64,000 nucleotides of DNA from Octopus bimaculoides (lineage: Eukaryota), in contig NC_068986.1 in assembly GCF_001194135.2 (NCBI RefSeq), forward strand, positions 53,865,772 to 53,929,771, given 5' to 3'. Shown in pieces: positions 49,242 to 62,081 of this stretch (positions are counted from its first letter, which is position 1; every line of letters begins with the position of its first letter). The notes under the pieces were generated by a model that saw only the letters and a program-made list of their open reading frames with translations, did not search any database and had not been told where the DNA came from. The translations under genes and the position numbers were made by a program.

Positions 49242-51002
49242 TAGATGTGATCTATAGATCCAGCATTCCAGATATACCAAGCTTTGGTGAATGGAAATCA
49301 AGTCACAAGAAAAACAGGCCACAATTTTGGCTTTTCTTGTTTCTCTTGGAAAGAGAGTCACAGGGTAGAATATCACTATCATATAAATAAGACAAATAAT
49401 AGTTAACGTAATTAAATGACTAATAAGTTTATTAACTGGCAATACATGAGTTGAATGCCTCTGTTATTGTATTAATAAAAAGTTGTGCAGTCTAAAATGA
49501 ATTATATTTCCAGACTAATTACTAAAATACTATTCAAAGACAAAAACAAAAAAAAAACCCTTAAAAATACTTGTATAAAAGGGATAAAAAAAAGACTCGA
49601 GGAAAAAACAAACTCCACATCTTCTGTTGAAGAACTTATCTCAGACACGCTCTGTAGACCGGATGGCAAAAGCATTGCTGTGAAGAACAGCCAGCAATAT
49701 CTAACGCATCAGCTATTCTACCTCACAGGGCTCCTTCTACAAGTGTGACACCCTAGTCCTGATCTGACAGAAGAAAGCAGCAGTCCGCTTGATGAGGACA
49801 CTGGAGATCTCAACAGCAATTGTCATGGAAAGGAGTACTTTTTTTTAATGACTGGTATTTATTCATCTTCTGCTTCTCTGCATTGCTGGTGGCATCTATC
49901 GAGTTTATTACCATGCTGTCAAGGTTGGCATCGTAGAATATGTTACAACATGTGGCATGCCAGATGAATGACTTGCTTCCTTGAATTGGAAAAAGCCTTA
50001 AATGTATGTGAAAAAAAAAACATATTTTATTCAGTATCATAAATAAAACTGCAAAAAAGACAAAAATATTAAATATTTATTGAAGTTTTCCTGGATTTGT
50101 TCACACCTTGTTTGTTATCTTTTAGTTGTAGGTCAGCCGTGATTGAGCAGATCTATGATCAAAGGCATTCCAGTCATGACCATTCCAGCTTTTTAGGGGT
50201 CCTTATAACTATGTTATCTAATGTGTCTTGTCTTTTATATAAGATGGTAGGGTGTGATTATTTAAGGAGTAAGTTGGGCAGCAATTTCAATCTGGTTGAC
50301 TGTTTTTGTTTGGCCGGCCATGTTCAGCTCTAAGAAGTAAACTTATGATTGAAGGCATTCCATCTATATTCTTGCTTATCCAGTCTTTTGATTTAACAAT
50401 CATCATCATCGTTTTAATGTCCACTTTCCTATGCTTGTATGGATCCTATAGAGTTTATTGAGGCAGATGCCCTTCCTGTTATCAACCCTCACCAATTTCC
50501 AAGTGAAGTAATTTTTCCCCATGGCTACATATGATTTTGCAAAATATTGGAAATGAATAATATTCATTTACAGTAGTGGTTCTAACCGTTTTTTTTTTTT
50601 TACATAAGGAGTCTTTTGATTACTGTTTTACTTTGGTAGACCCCTATAGCCATTCACTGTTTATAAACTAGTTTTATTTGTACTTCTTTCAAAATTCCTA
50701 TTTTGTTCATCACACATTGACTTGTGTAGGTTGTACTATGTAAAATGTTCAAGAAAGAAATCTAGCTATTTCTTGCAATAAATACATCTAAAGCAAAATT
50801 CTTTTTATGGATCCTTGATATACTACTGTAGATTCTCAGTTTACTATTTTGCTTGCCTGGATCTCCAAAAACCTTACTTGAACCCCAGTTGAGAACCATT
50901 GATTTGTAACAATCACTCAATGTTGAGACAAGGAGACACAAACATATGCATACACACACGTGTGTGTGTATATATATATATATATATACTAGCAGAAATA
51001 TA

Positions 51003-52289
51003 TATATATACTAGCAGAAATACCCGGCTTTGCCCGGGTTAAAGAGAATAATGAAATCTAAAAACGCCGTCTAGACTACGCAACCCTCAACTGTTAGTAG
51101 CTACGATACCATATTTCTACATTAATAACTCTCCAATCCATGCCAGCGTGGAACATAGACATTAAGTGGAATGCCAGTCTCTCATCTAGGAGGGCCTTGA
51201 AATCAATGTTATCAACTGGGGACTATGTGTGTCNNNNNNNNNNNNNNNNNNNNNNNNNNNNNNNNNNNNNNNNNNNNNNNNNNNNNNNNNNNNNNNNNNN
51301 NNNNNNNNNNNNNNNNNNNNNNNNNNNNNNNNNNNNNNNNNNNNNNNNNNNNNNNNNNNNNNNNNNNNNNNNNNNNNNNNNNNNNNNNNNNNNNNNNNNN
51401 NNNNNNNNNNNNNNNNNNNNNNNNNNNNNNNNNNNNNNNNNNNNNNNNNNNNNNNNNNNNNNNNNNNNNNNNNNNNNNNNNNNNNNNNNNNNNNNNNNNN
51501 NNNNNNNNNNNNNNNNNNNNNNNNNNNNNNNNNNNNNNNNNNNNNNNNNNNNNNNNNNNNNNNNNNNNNNNNNNNNNNNNNNNNNNNNNNNNNNNNNNNN
51601 NNNNNNNNNNNNNNNNNNNNNNNNNNNNNNNNNNNNNNNNNNNNNNNNNNNNNNNNNNNNNNNNNNNNNNNNNNNNNNNNNNNNNNNNNNNNNNNNNNNN
51701 NNNNNNNNNNNNNNNNNNNNNNNNNNNNNNNNNNNNNNNNNNNNNNNNNNNNNNNNNNNNNNNNNNNNNNNNNNNNNNNNNNNNNNNNNNNNNNNNNNNN
51801 NNNNNNNNNNNNNNNNNNNNNNNNNNNNNNNNNNNNNNNNNNNNNNNNNNNNNNNNNNNNNNNNNNNNNNNNNNNNNNNNNNNNNNNNNNNNNNNNNNNN
51901 NNNNNNNNNNNNNNNNNNNNNNNNNNNNNNNNNNNNNNNNNNNNNNNNNNNNNNNNNNNNNNTCTCTCTCTCTCTCTGAAAGTATCTGTCATTACAGTAT
52001 CGAAATGTGATTGTTTCAGTTAGTAGAATAGTTTCATTTTTAAAGTGAAAGTATTTGACATGAGTGTTTTTGTTTCACTTTTGACACGTAATACTTAAAT
52101 AGTGGAGGAGGTATTATGTTGCTGTGGGCTCGAACTCTGCAAGAAGTTAAAATTTTTTTTGACTAAAACACAACTGGAACCCTAAGTAAGGCATCTGTAA
52201 AATTTGAATGAAATTGGTTGCGTAGTTCTCGAGTTTTAGGGATTCACACAGACAGACAGACACACATTCTCATTTTTATATATATAGAT
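51003..52289 (+). mobile_element. Helentron/DINE-1-like non-autonomous element (interior mostly gap)
   Basis: 5' TATATACTAG...ACCCGGCTTTGCCCGGGT hairpin; 3' (CAGA)n...CTCATTTTTATATATATAGAT. Confidence 0.55.
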
Positions 52290-53189
52290 ATATATACATA
52301 CATACCTGTATATGAGAGGCTTTCAGTATTCATCTATCACATCCACTCACAGAGCTTTGGTTGACTTGGGGGTAAAGTAAAAGACATTTGTCCAAAGTGC
52401 TATGCTATGGAACTGAACCCAAAACCATGTGGTTAGGAAGCAAACTCTTTAACCATACCTGTGCCTTTTGTCTTTAATTTTTTTGTGGGGATGGTAGGGT
52501 GTGCATTTAGGAAGGTTTGACCACTTTTTCTTGTAGGTTGAATGGCTGTGAAGAAGCTCTTACTGGCTCATGTACTTGTTGTTTGGGTTGGTAGAAACAG
52601 TAACATGTTGAACCTAATTACTTTAAATTATTTTGATTTTTTTTTCTCTATATTCTTATACTATTACGAAAATTACAATTTTCTATTTTGTTTTCTTAAT
52701 TTTATCTAAAATGATAAAGCTTTGATTTCTTATAAATATAGAGAAATTGGTTAGCACAGAAGGTATGTATTTTCAGGGAAGGGAATTGCCAGAAAAAACC
52801 ACAACTTTCCTGAAGGTATTCATAGCATAAATTAAGTGTCCTGTTTGGCTTCAGGAATTTAAAGTGCACCTCAATCTTGTTCTTTAAAACTAACCTTTTA
52901 CTCAACAGTGCTAGGTACAAAGCTAAAAACATTTAAGAGAACATGATGTTAAATTCATGGTTTTTCCACAGCTGCATATGCCAAGTAAATGAATTGAAAT
53001 ATTTTGTCTGGAGATAAAAAAATCCATGTGTGTGAGCATGGTTTGTTGCATGCTTACATTTGGTTCTTTAGTGTTTGTCTGACTTTTGCAATTGAGATGA
53101 TCTATGAATGTCTATTTTTTGTTGTTCTATAAATGTTTTTTTTCCTTTCTGCTCCATAAGTCATTATTAGTGTGATATATTGGTCAAAC

Positions 53190-53590
53190 ATTGTACTTTA
53201 GGCATTATGGCAATTAATTTTCATGATGTCACATAATTTACCAAAACTACAATGTTCAGCTTGGATTTCTTTCAAAAGCTCTAAAAGGCTATATTCCACT
53301 TTATCCAGCTGTCCAAGATAAATATATCTGTATGTTGATGTTATAGCATTATGGAGGCATGTGCAATGACTCAAAACATGGAACAAGTGCTTACAATAAC
53401 ACAGAGAAATACGGAAAGATGAATGTTAAAAATCATTGAACTGGACACATAAACTTATCAATGGTTAAGGAGCCAACAAAGATTTTGCATCTCATAGAAT
53501 ATGCTAAGAAAGGAAAATTGAGATCAAGTGAATTCACTTGCAAAGCAGTCATGCCCAAGCCTCTGTCAGGTTGGCATAAATGATGATGTT
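53190..53590 (+). mobile_element. Highly degenerate RTE-type LINE 3' fragment
   Basis: EACAMTQNMEQVLTITQRNTER*MLKI resembles the RTE thumb-region pattern; ends in a (GAT)n-like tail. Confidence 0.4.
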
Positions 53591-54609
53591 AACAGTTAAA
53601 AATGTGGATTAGTGTAATTAAGTTGGATGTTGAGTCCCTGCTTATATGATTTTTTTCTATTAAAATTGTGACTGGTTGACAATCTTTAAGCCAGTTGACT
53701 TCTGTTTGCAATGTTGTGGATTTACTTGTTGAAGCTGTGTCAATCTTCTTGGGTGAGTGTTGATACAAGTAGTAAAAGTGCCTGTCTTGGAGGTTCTGAA
53801 GAAAACCATGATTGTTTTCCTTTACTCTTCTAAGGTATTAAAACAAAAAAGATGTCCTTTCCTCTCCCAGGCCTTACACTAATCTCTTCACAGTCCTTCC
53901 TCTCTAAAATTCCATCTTCATGTTTTTCTTGTAGCTTAACTCATTTTTTCACCATTTTTTTTTTCTGTTGAAATACACTGCTTTCACTTTAGACAATTTT
54001 GAAAGTTATGAAGACTTTAGTAAAATAATATGTCGTTATTAAGCTGGTGTGGGAGACATAAATTAGCATGAAATTTTGATGGAAGGTTTTAAGATCACAT
54101 AGAACCAAAGACAGTCTTGGACAGGGTGGTTTCAAAGTGATTAAGTCTTATTGATCATTATAAGTCTCAGCTTGATGGGCCTAGAAAAGTCACAAGTAGA
54201 ATCTCTATTTTAGACTATGCTATAAAATAAGACCAGTTTTGCTCCGAATATACTGTATGAAGAGGTCTTTAGCAGTTGTTTCAACAATCTTGTGATTTCA
54301 TATTAATCATCATTACTATAAATATTTATTTGTTCTTTAGTCTCAAATTTATTTTAGTGGAAAGGAAATGAGATTCTGTAATTTTTATGTTAAGTTGAAC
54401 GACATTTATTGCAGGCATAGATATATAATTAAAAGCTTCACTTTGCAATAACATTATTCAGGGTTCAATTCTAGTGTGCAACAGTTTTGGTTGGCCATAG
54501 TCTCCTGTTGATTAATACCTTGTGAGTGAAAATTGAAATTCGGTAATTGTGCAAAAGCCTTCCCCCCCCCCCCCAAACATATGTTAAAATAAATGGAAGA
54601 AAGAGTTCT

Positions 54610-54950
54610 GAATACTAAAAAGGTAAAGACCCTCTTTGGTCATGAATGACCATGGGATTGGACTTACGAAGTTCCTCCTTTGAGGCACAAGTCTGGGCAA
54701 GGTTGTTTATGGAGGACCAACAGTTTCCCATGCTTAGCGGCCTCATCTCTCCCTACCACTAATGTTAACCAAGGGAAAGGCGAAGGCTGATACAACTTGG
54801 CACCAGTGATGTTGCAACTCATTTCTACAGCTGAGTGAACTGGAGCAACTTGAAATAAAGTGTTCTGCTCAAGAACGCAATGCAGAGCCTGGTCTGGGAA
54901 CCAAACTAAACCCCATGATTGTTAACCTGATGTTCTAACCACTGAACACT
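54610..54950 (-). mobile_element. tRNA-derived SINE (family D)
   Basis: cagctgagtgaactggagcaacttgaaataaagtgttctgctcaagaac core; related pieces at about 31920-32020 and 55210-55330 (+). Confidence 0.5.
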
Positions 54951-55517
54951 AGGAGTAGAGTGTAAAATTCATTGATTTATGATCAGCCATAATGGATATT
55001 ACTACCTTAGGTTTCATGCTGACATAAAAATGTCACAGTCAATTTGGCCTGTGTATGTATAAATGTTTTGTTTTAACTTCCATTTTTTTCTTGCTAGAGT
55101 TGGGGAAATAAAATTTCTCGAGCCAGTATTCTACAATTGGATGCTCTTCCTGAAACCAACACTTACTTGTTTCTAACTAAGATACTGACACCACAAATCT
55201 TCACCAGGTTTAGTGGATAGGGTGTTAGGCTCATGATCATAAGACCATTGGTTTGATTCCTGGAATGAATTGCACATTGTGTCATTGAGCAAGGCACATC
55301 ATTTCCCATTGCTTCAGTCTACTCAGCTGAGTGTTGGGGCAGCTCTGTTTTCCTCCAACTGCTGCATCCTCGATATTTCCTCTATGTCAAGGGTGGGAGT
55401 GCTGAGAGGGTATCTCTGTCTGCTTGCAACTATATAAGCAATGAAAACAATCAGCAAAAGCATGGCATAAGCTATCAAATCATTCTTGATTGTGAGTGAC
55501 AGCTAAGCTTTTAAGCT

Positions 55518-55555
<38 letters not shown>

Positions 55556-55559
55556 TGTA

Positions 55560-57000
55560 TGGGTCCTAAGGTAAACTTAGTGAAGACCAAAGTCCTAGTA
55601 AGCAAGAAGTCGGACAGGACAGGACCCTTCATTTGTCAGGTAAATGGTCCTTGGTGTAGGTAGATATTCCATTTGGTGTAACTAGTGCAAGCTGTGGATA
55701 CACAAGTGGAATAGTTGGAAGATTAACAGAAAAAGTAGAGTTCACATGTAGATGTACAGGAGCCATAAAGACCGCAGATACACAGAATACTGATTTCCTT
55801 AAATGTCTTAATGGCTCTCTGGAAGTTGTAGATGATTTTTTGCTACCTAGGTGACCTAATAAGTAGTAGAGGAGGTTGTACAGAAAGTGTAATTGCTAGA
55901 ATAAAAATATGATGGAGAGGGTTCAGAGAACTTCTGCATCTGTTGGCAACCAAAGGTCTCTCTTGCTGAGTGAAGAGAAGATTGGTGCATGTGTACAAAC
56001 TGATGCTGTATGATAGTGAGACATGGAACCTGAATGTGGAGAAGCAAAAAAAGCTGGTATGCTCTGCTGGGTGCGAGGTGTCAGTGTGCATGTGTGACAG
56101 AGCACTGGTGTATTGAGGGAGAAGTTAGGCATAAGAGGAATTATTTGCAGTGTACAAGACTAGAGACTGTGCTGGTTCAGTCATGTGATGTGGATGGATG
56201 AAGACAGTTGCATAAAGAAGTGCCAATCACTTAAAATGGAAGTGAAGTTACAGAAGAGAAAGACCCAAGAAGACATGTGACAAAGTATTGAAAGCTGATC
56301 TCAAAATGCTGAGCGTCACAAAGGTGATGACAGGACTGAGATATGTGGTACATTGCTGAACTTGAGAAGACCTGCCCACTACAACAGAATTGAGATCCTA
56401 AAACCAAGGTGCCACATAAAAAGTTGATGTGGGTACTAGTGTCACATAAAAAGCTCTGATGCTAGTGCCACTTAAAAAGCACAGTTGATGGTGCCACATA
56501 AAAAGCACCCAGTACACTGTGGAGAGGCTGACATTAGGAAGGGCATCCAGCTGTAGAAACCAAGCCAAAACAGACTATAGAACCTGGTGTGTCCCCTGGT
56601 CGACACTCATCTAGTTCCAAGCAAGGCATTTTTTCCAATGAGCAGACATACTTTCATTGAAAATTGGAAATGAAGGGTGCTACTTGTATAACAGTGACAC
56701 TTACAGTTATCATAGTCTGTCAAGATAAGGAAAACAAACAAACACGCACACACATTTGTATATACAGATACAATAGGTTTCTGGCTACAAAAGCTATTCA
56801 CAAGGTCTTGGTTGGTTTGAAGCTGTAGTAGAAGATACTTGCTCCAGGTGTTTAGCATTAGGAAAGGCATCCAACTGTAGAAACCACTCCAAAGTAGTTG
56901 TAGGAACACAATGACGTTCTTGCCCCATTGGATCTTGAAAAAACCATCCAACCTATGCCAGCATGGAAGATGGATGTTACATAGTGATGATGATGATATA
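55560..57000 (+). mobile_element. RTE-clade LINE 3' fragment
   Basis: KVNLVKTKVLVS, YLGDLISSRGGCTESVIARI, GFRELLHLLATKGLS and MLYDSETW, with a (GAT)n tail. Shorter pieces lie at about 57715-58170, 61620-62040 and 62460-62700. Confidence 0.8.
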
Positions 57001-58195
57001 TTTTATTAGTTAGATCTGGATGAAGGTATATTGGTCCTTGGTCAATCACACTTGCCTTCAAGACTGTTGAGATTGATGCTGTTAATATTTTGCTTAAATC
57101 ATTACTAGTTGATGACTGGAGGTAAGATGTACAGAGGTGGGAGTGATTTCCAAAGGACTGACATTCTAGGGTGGAAGGACTAGGTGTAGGGGTTAGTACA
57201 GGGATTTGGTGAAGGTGTTAAACACAGAGTATTACAAAAAAGGGGAAATGAGTGAGTTGAGAATGAAGGTGAACATGAGACCAGATAGCTTTAAAAAAGT
57301 GAGGCTGTTGAAAAAAAAAAAAAATGAAATGGAATAGGTATGGTTAGAATGCTTTAGATCATAGATCTCTTTGTTAGTGATTATCCTGGGGCTAAACAGC
57401 CAGAACAGTTTAAAATTATTTAAAAAATATATACTTATATTTAAAACAGATCAATGCAAAACAAACTCTAATGAAAATAATTTGAACCTGACTTTTATAA
57501 TTTTCCTAAACTTGGAATGAAGAAACAAAATGAAATTTAATAGAAACAAAGGCATGAAAATAGAGAACAAAAACCCAACAATTTTTTTTATTCAATTCCA
57601 AAAATGTAATCATGTAACTAGTTATTTATAAGAAGCAAATTTGATTTTTGCAACTTTTTTTCACATTGGTAAAATATAAATCATGAATTTGTATCCCTTT
57701 CAATTTTGTTTGGAAGGCATGTGTGTGTGTGATGCATGTGGATGAGGACAGTTGTATAAAGAGGTGCTGATCTCTAACTGTGGAGGGAACTTGTGGAAGA
57801 GGTAGACCCAAGATGATGTAGGAGGAGCTGGTGGAATATGGTCTTCAGATGTTGAGTCTCATGGAGGCAATGACAAATGATTAAAATTGTTGGTGATTTG
57901 CTGTGCTTGAAAAGGCATGTTAAGTTTAGTGAAATTATAGTTGTAGCCAGTTCCACTGACACACAAATGGTGTCTGTGCTGGTGACACATAAAAGCACCC
58001 ATGCTAGTAATACATTGAAAACACCTAGTATACTCTGTAGAGTGGTTGGCATTAAGAAGGGCATCCAGCCATAGAAACCATACCAAAACAAACTGAAGCC
58101 TGGTGCAGCTCCAGTCAAACCATCTAACTTATGCCAGTATGGAAAATGGACAGTAAGTGATGATGATGATATATATATATGTGTGTGTGTATGTG

Positions 58196-58490
58196 GAGGC
58201 ACATTGCCTAGTGGTTAGAGTAGTGGACTCATGGTCGTGGGATCGCGGGTTTGAATCTCAGACCAGGCGATGTGTATGTTTATGAGTGAAACACCTAAGC
58301 TCCCTGCGGCTCCGGCAGAAGGTAATGGTGAACTTCTGCTGACTCTTTCACCACAACTTTCTCTTACTCTTTCCTCCTGCGTCTAGCAGCTCACTTGTGA
58401 CGGACTGTCATCCTGTTCAGGTGGGAAATTTATATGCCAATGAAACTGGGAAACCAGTCCTTATGAGCCAGGCATAGCTCGAGAAGAAAC
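58196..58490 (+). mobile_element. SINE with a family C head and a different 3' half
   Basis: GGAGGCACATTGCCTAGTGGTTAG...ctctttcaccacaactttctct is shared with 12118-12496; the sequences then diverge. Confidence 0.6.
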
Positions 58491-58707
58491 AAACAATATA
58501 TATATATATATACACATATATAGGAAAGATGTGGCTGTGTGGTAAGAAGTTTGCTTCCCAACCACATGGTTCCGGGTTCTGTCCTACTATGTCCCACTTT
58601 GGGCAAGTGTCTTCTACTATAGCCTCAGGCTGATGAAAGCCTCGTGAGTGGATTTGGTAGATGGAAAGAAGCCTGATATATATATATTTATATATATATA
58701 TAAAAAA

Positions 58708-59158
58708 TCAAAATAAGCAACAAGGATATCCAGGGTTAATGCAGTACGATCGTTTCATGCGACTCCATTTATTTAAGCAATGTGAGCATTACATTAAATG
58801 TAAAATGCAGAGCAATCCTCAGCTGCACAGAGATATAGAAATTAACTGAAATTACATTTCAACAGAAGGACATATTTTTATAACTACATTTAAACTCTCC
58901 AAGTAGAAAGGAAGAATACAAAAAAACATTTTGACTTAGCCAGACCATATTCTTCCTTTCTACTTGGAGAGTTTAAATGTAGTTATAAAAATATGTCCTT
59001 CCTTTGAAATGTAATTTCAGTAAATTTTTATATCTTTGTGCAGCTGAGGATTGCTCTGCATTTTACATTTGATGTAATGTTCACATTGCTTAAATAAATG
59101 GAGTTGCATGAAATGATCGTACTGCATTAACCCTGGATATCCTTGTTGCTTATTTTGA
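58708..59158. repeat. 451-bp palindrome (about 211-bp arms, 29-nt spacer), probably a MITE
   Basis: 58708-58918 is inverted at 58948-59158 with only scattered mismatches. It lies within the central microsatellite of a family A SINE. Confidence 0.9.
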
Positions 59159-59222
59159 AATTGTATGGATAATACCATACTTAATTCTGGTGCCTAAACT
59201 TAAGTACCATATTCACCTTGAA

Positions 59223-59262
<40 letters not shown>

Positions 59263-60337
59263 CATATATCTGTGTGTGTCTTTGTGTCTGTGTTTATCCC
59301 CTACACCATTGCTTGACAACTGATGTTGGTGTGTTTATGTCCCTGTATCTTAGTGCTTTGGCAAAAGAGACTGATAGAATAAGTACTAGGACTACAAAGA
59401 ATAAGTCCTGGGGCCAACTTCTTCAACTAAAATCCTGAAGGCAGTGCTCCAGCATGGCTGAAGTAAAAGAATAAATACATACAGATGAGTGGACAAACAA
59501 AAGTAAGTAGCATTCAACACATTTGGTTGGAATTACATATATTTAATGATAGTTTGACTCAGCTCTACATTACTTAGTTTCGTGGGTGTGTAGAACATGT
59601 CCACTTCAGAGATTGTCTGAACATCTGATGAGGTGGACATGTCTGCATGCCCAGGAAACTTTATGTACCTTAGAGCTGAGTCAGACTATTATTAAATATA
59701 TGTATACACTCAAATACACAATATACACTTTTGCTGATTTCAGCCATCAGTTCATGGTTATGTTAGAGCACTCCTTTCATGTATTTCAGTTGATTATATT
59801 GACTCCCAACACCGAGGGATTATTTTATTGGTCTTGTGAGAAAAAAAAAAAAAACAGTTTGGTATAATGGGAAATAACTCTGCTATGCCTAAACATTGCA
59901 ATTTTTTTTTGTTCATTCTATGCTGATACAAATATAGTGATAATCGTTTTATATTTTTCTGTGCTTCTCAACCATAGCATTATGCCACTTATAACCCTGT
60001 GTCATTGCCTTTGTGAGGTTCAACATCATCACTTCCCATGCCTTTCTTGGTTATTTTCCACAGGTTCTTTCTCCTTGGATTGCTTTGTACATCTTCATCC
60101 AACTCTATCTTTCAAATGCATCATGTATCTCCACAACAACAGTCGATTCATCTCTCTTTATACTCAACAGTTGATTTCTCTTATAGTCAGTTTTCTTTTT
60201 AGCTTGGATGTACTCCTTTATGCATTTAACATTCATATGCATCACCAATCTCTAACCACTGTTTCTTCTCTATTACTATAGTTGATTCCTCTATCTTTCT
60301 TTCTTCCTTTCTTCTTCTTCTTCTTCTCCTCCTCCTC

Positions 60338-60625
60338 CCTGGAATCGAACTCGGAATCTTGGGGTTAGTAGCCCACACTCTTAACCACTATGGGCATATG
60401 GTGTAGTGGTTAAGAGCGCGGGCTACTAACCCCAAGATTCCGAGTTCAATTCCAGGCAGTGACCTGAATAATAATAGCATCGAAAAATACCTTAGGAATG
60501 AGAACCAGGTTCGAAATTTCCCCAAGACACCTGATGAGGGCTGGGGGGGTATATCAGCCGAAACGTGAACAACAAACAAGATGAAGACAAATATCTGTCT
60601 AATGTAAATAATGTAAATAATATAT
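60338..60625 (+). mobile_element. tRNA-headed element with a Penelope-like tail and an inverted partial head
   Basis: Head gggcatatggtgtagtggttaagagcgcgggctactaaccccaagattccgagttcaattcc; tail CACCTGATGA..GGCTG..CAGCCGAAACG and (TGTAAATAA)2. Confidence 0.6.
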
Positions 60626-61080
60626 ATAATATTATAATGAATAAATCAAGAGGAAAAGATATATAAATTTTTGGTGCAGGCATGGCTGTGTGGTAAGAAG
60701 CTTGCTTCCCAACCACATAGTTCTGGGTTCAGTGTGGCATCTTGGGCAAGTGTCTTCTACTATAGCCTCAGGTCGACCAAAGCCTTGTGAGTGGATTTGG
60801 TAGACAGAAGCTTGTTGTATATGTGGATATATCTGCGTGTGTGTCTTTGTGTCTGTATTTGTTGCCCCATCACCACTCGACAACCGGTGCTGGTATTTTT
60901 TCCATCCTCCTAACTTAGCAGTTCAGCAAAAGAACTGATAGTATAAGTACTAAGCTTTAAAAATGAGTCCTGGGGTTGATTGTTTGACTAAAATCATTCT
61001 GGGTGATGCTCCAGCATGGTCACAGTCAAATGACTGAAACAAGTAAAAGAATAAAAGAAAGTAAAAGAATATATATATAA

Positions 61081-61460
61081 GGTGCAGGAGTGGGTGTGTG
61101 GTAAGTAGCTCGCTTACCAACCACATGGTTCTGGGTTCAGTCCCACTGCGTGACACCTTGGGTAAGTGTCTTCTACTATAGCCTCGGGCCGACCAAAGCA
61201 TTGTGAGTGGATTTGGTAGACAGAAACTGAAAGAAGCCTGTCGTATATATGTATATATGTATGTATGTGTTTGTCCCCCCAACATCGCTTGACAACCGAT
61301 GCTGGTGTGTTTACGTTCCCGTAACTTAGCAGTTCGGCAAAAGAGACCGAGAGAATAAGTACTAGGCTTACAAAAAATAAGTCCTAGGGTCGATTTACTC
61401 GACTAAAGGTGGTGCTCCAGCATGGCCACAGTCATATGACTGAAACAAGTAAAGAGTATA
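61081..61460 (+). mobile_element. Full-length SINE family A (young)
   Basis: GGTGCAGGAGTGGGTGTGTGGTAAG...GGTTCAGTCC...aagtaaagagta. Confidence 0.85.
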
Positions 61461-62081
61461 CATATATATTTATAATGTCATATATGTATTATATGTATCA
61501 TATTATGTATGTATATTAATATGCATATATAATGATAATGTAACATTATGTAACATTGGGTTATCAAATAAATTCCTTTCATTTTAATCCTTATTTTTCA
61601 TCCACAATTTTAGCAAATCTGTCATGGCAGTGAGACATAGGCTGTTACTACAGAGGACATGCAAAGGCCTGAAAGAAATGAAGCCAGTATGCTGTGCTGG
61701 ATGAGTAATATCAGTATGCCTGTATGATGGAGTGTAAGTGATTTGAGAGAGGATTAAAAAAAAAAAAGAAGCATTAGATGTAGTGTGCAAGAGAGAAGAC
61801 TGCACTGGTATGGTCATGTGATGCATATGAATGAGGATAGCTGCATTAAGAAGAGCTGATCTCTAATTGTAGAAGGAATGTGTGGAAGGGGTAGACCCAG
61901 GAAAACATGGAGTGAAGTGGCGAGAAAGGGTCTTTAGATTAAACCCCACAAAGGAGATGACAAGGGACAGACTTTTGGCAGTTTGCTGTGCTTGGGAAGA
62001 CATGCCAAGTTAAGTATAATCACAAGAAAATCATGTTCTACAGTTCTATATTTAAGAGGTGAGGAATTATGTACGTTTGAT

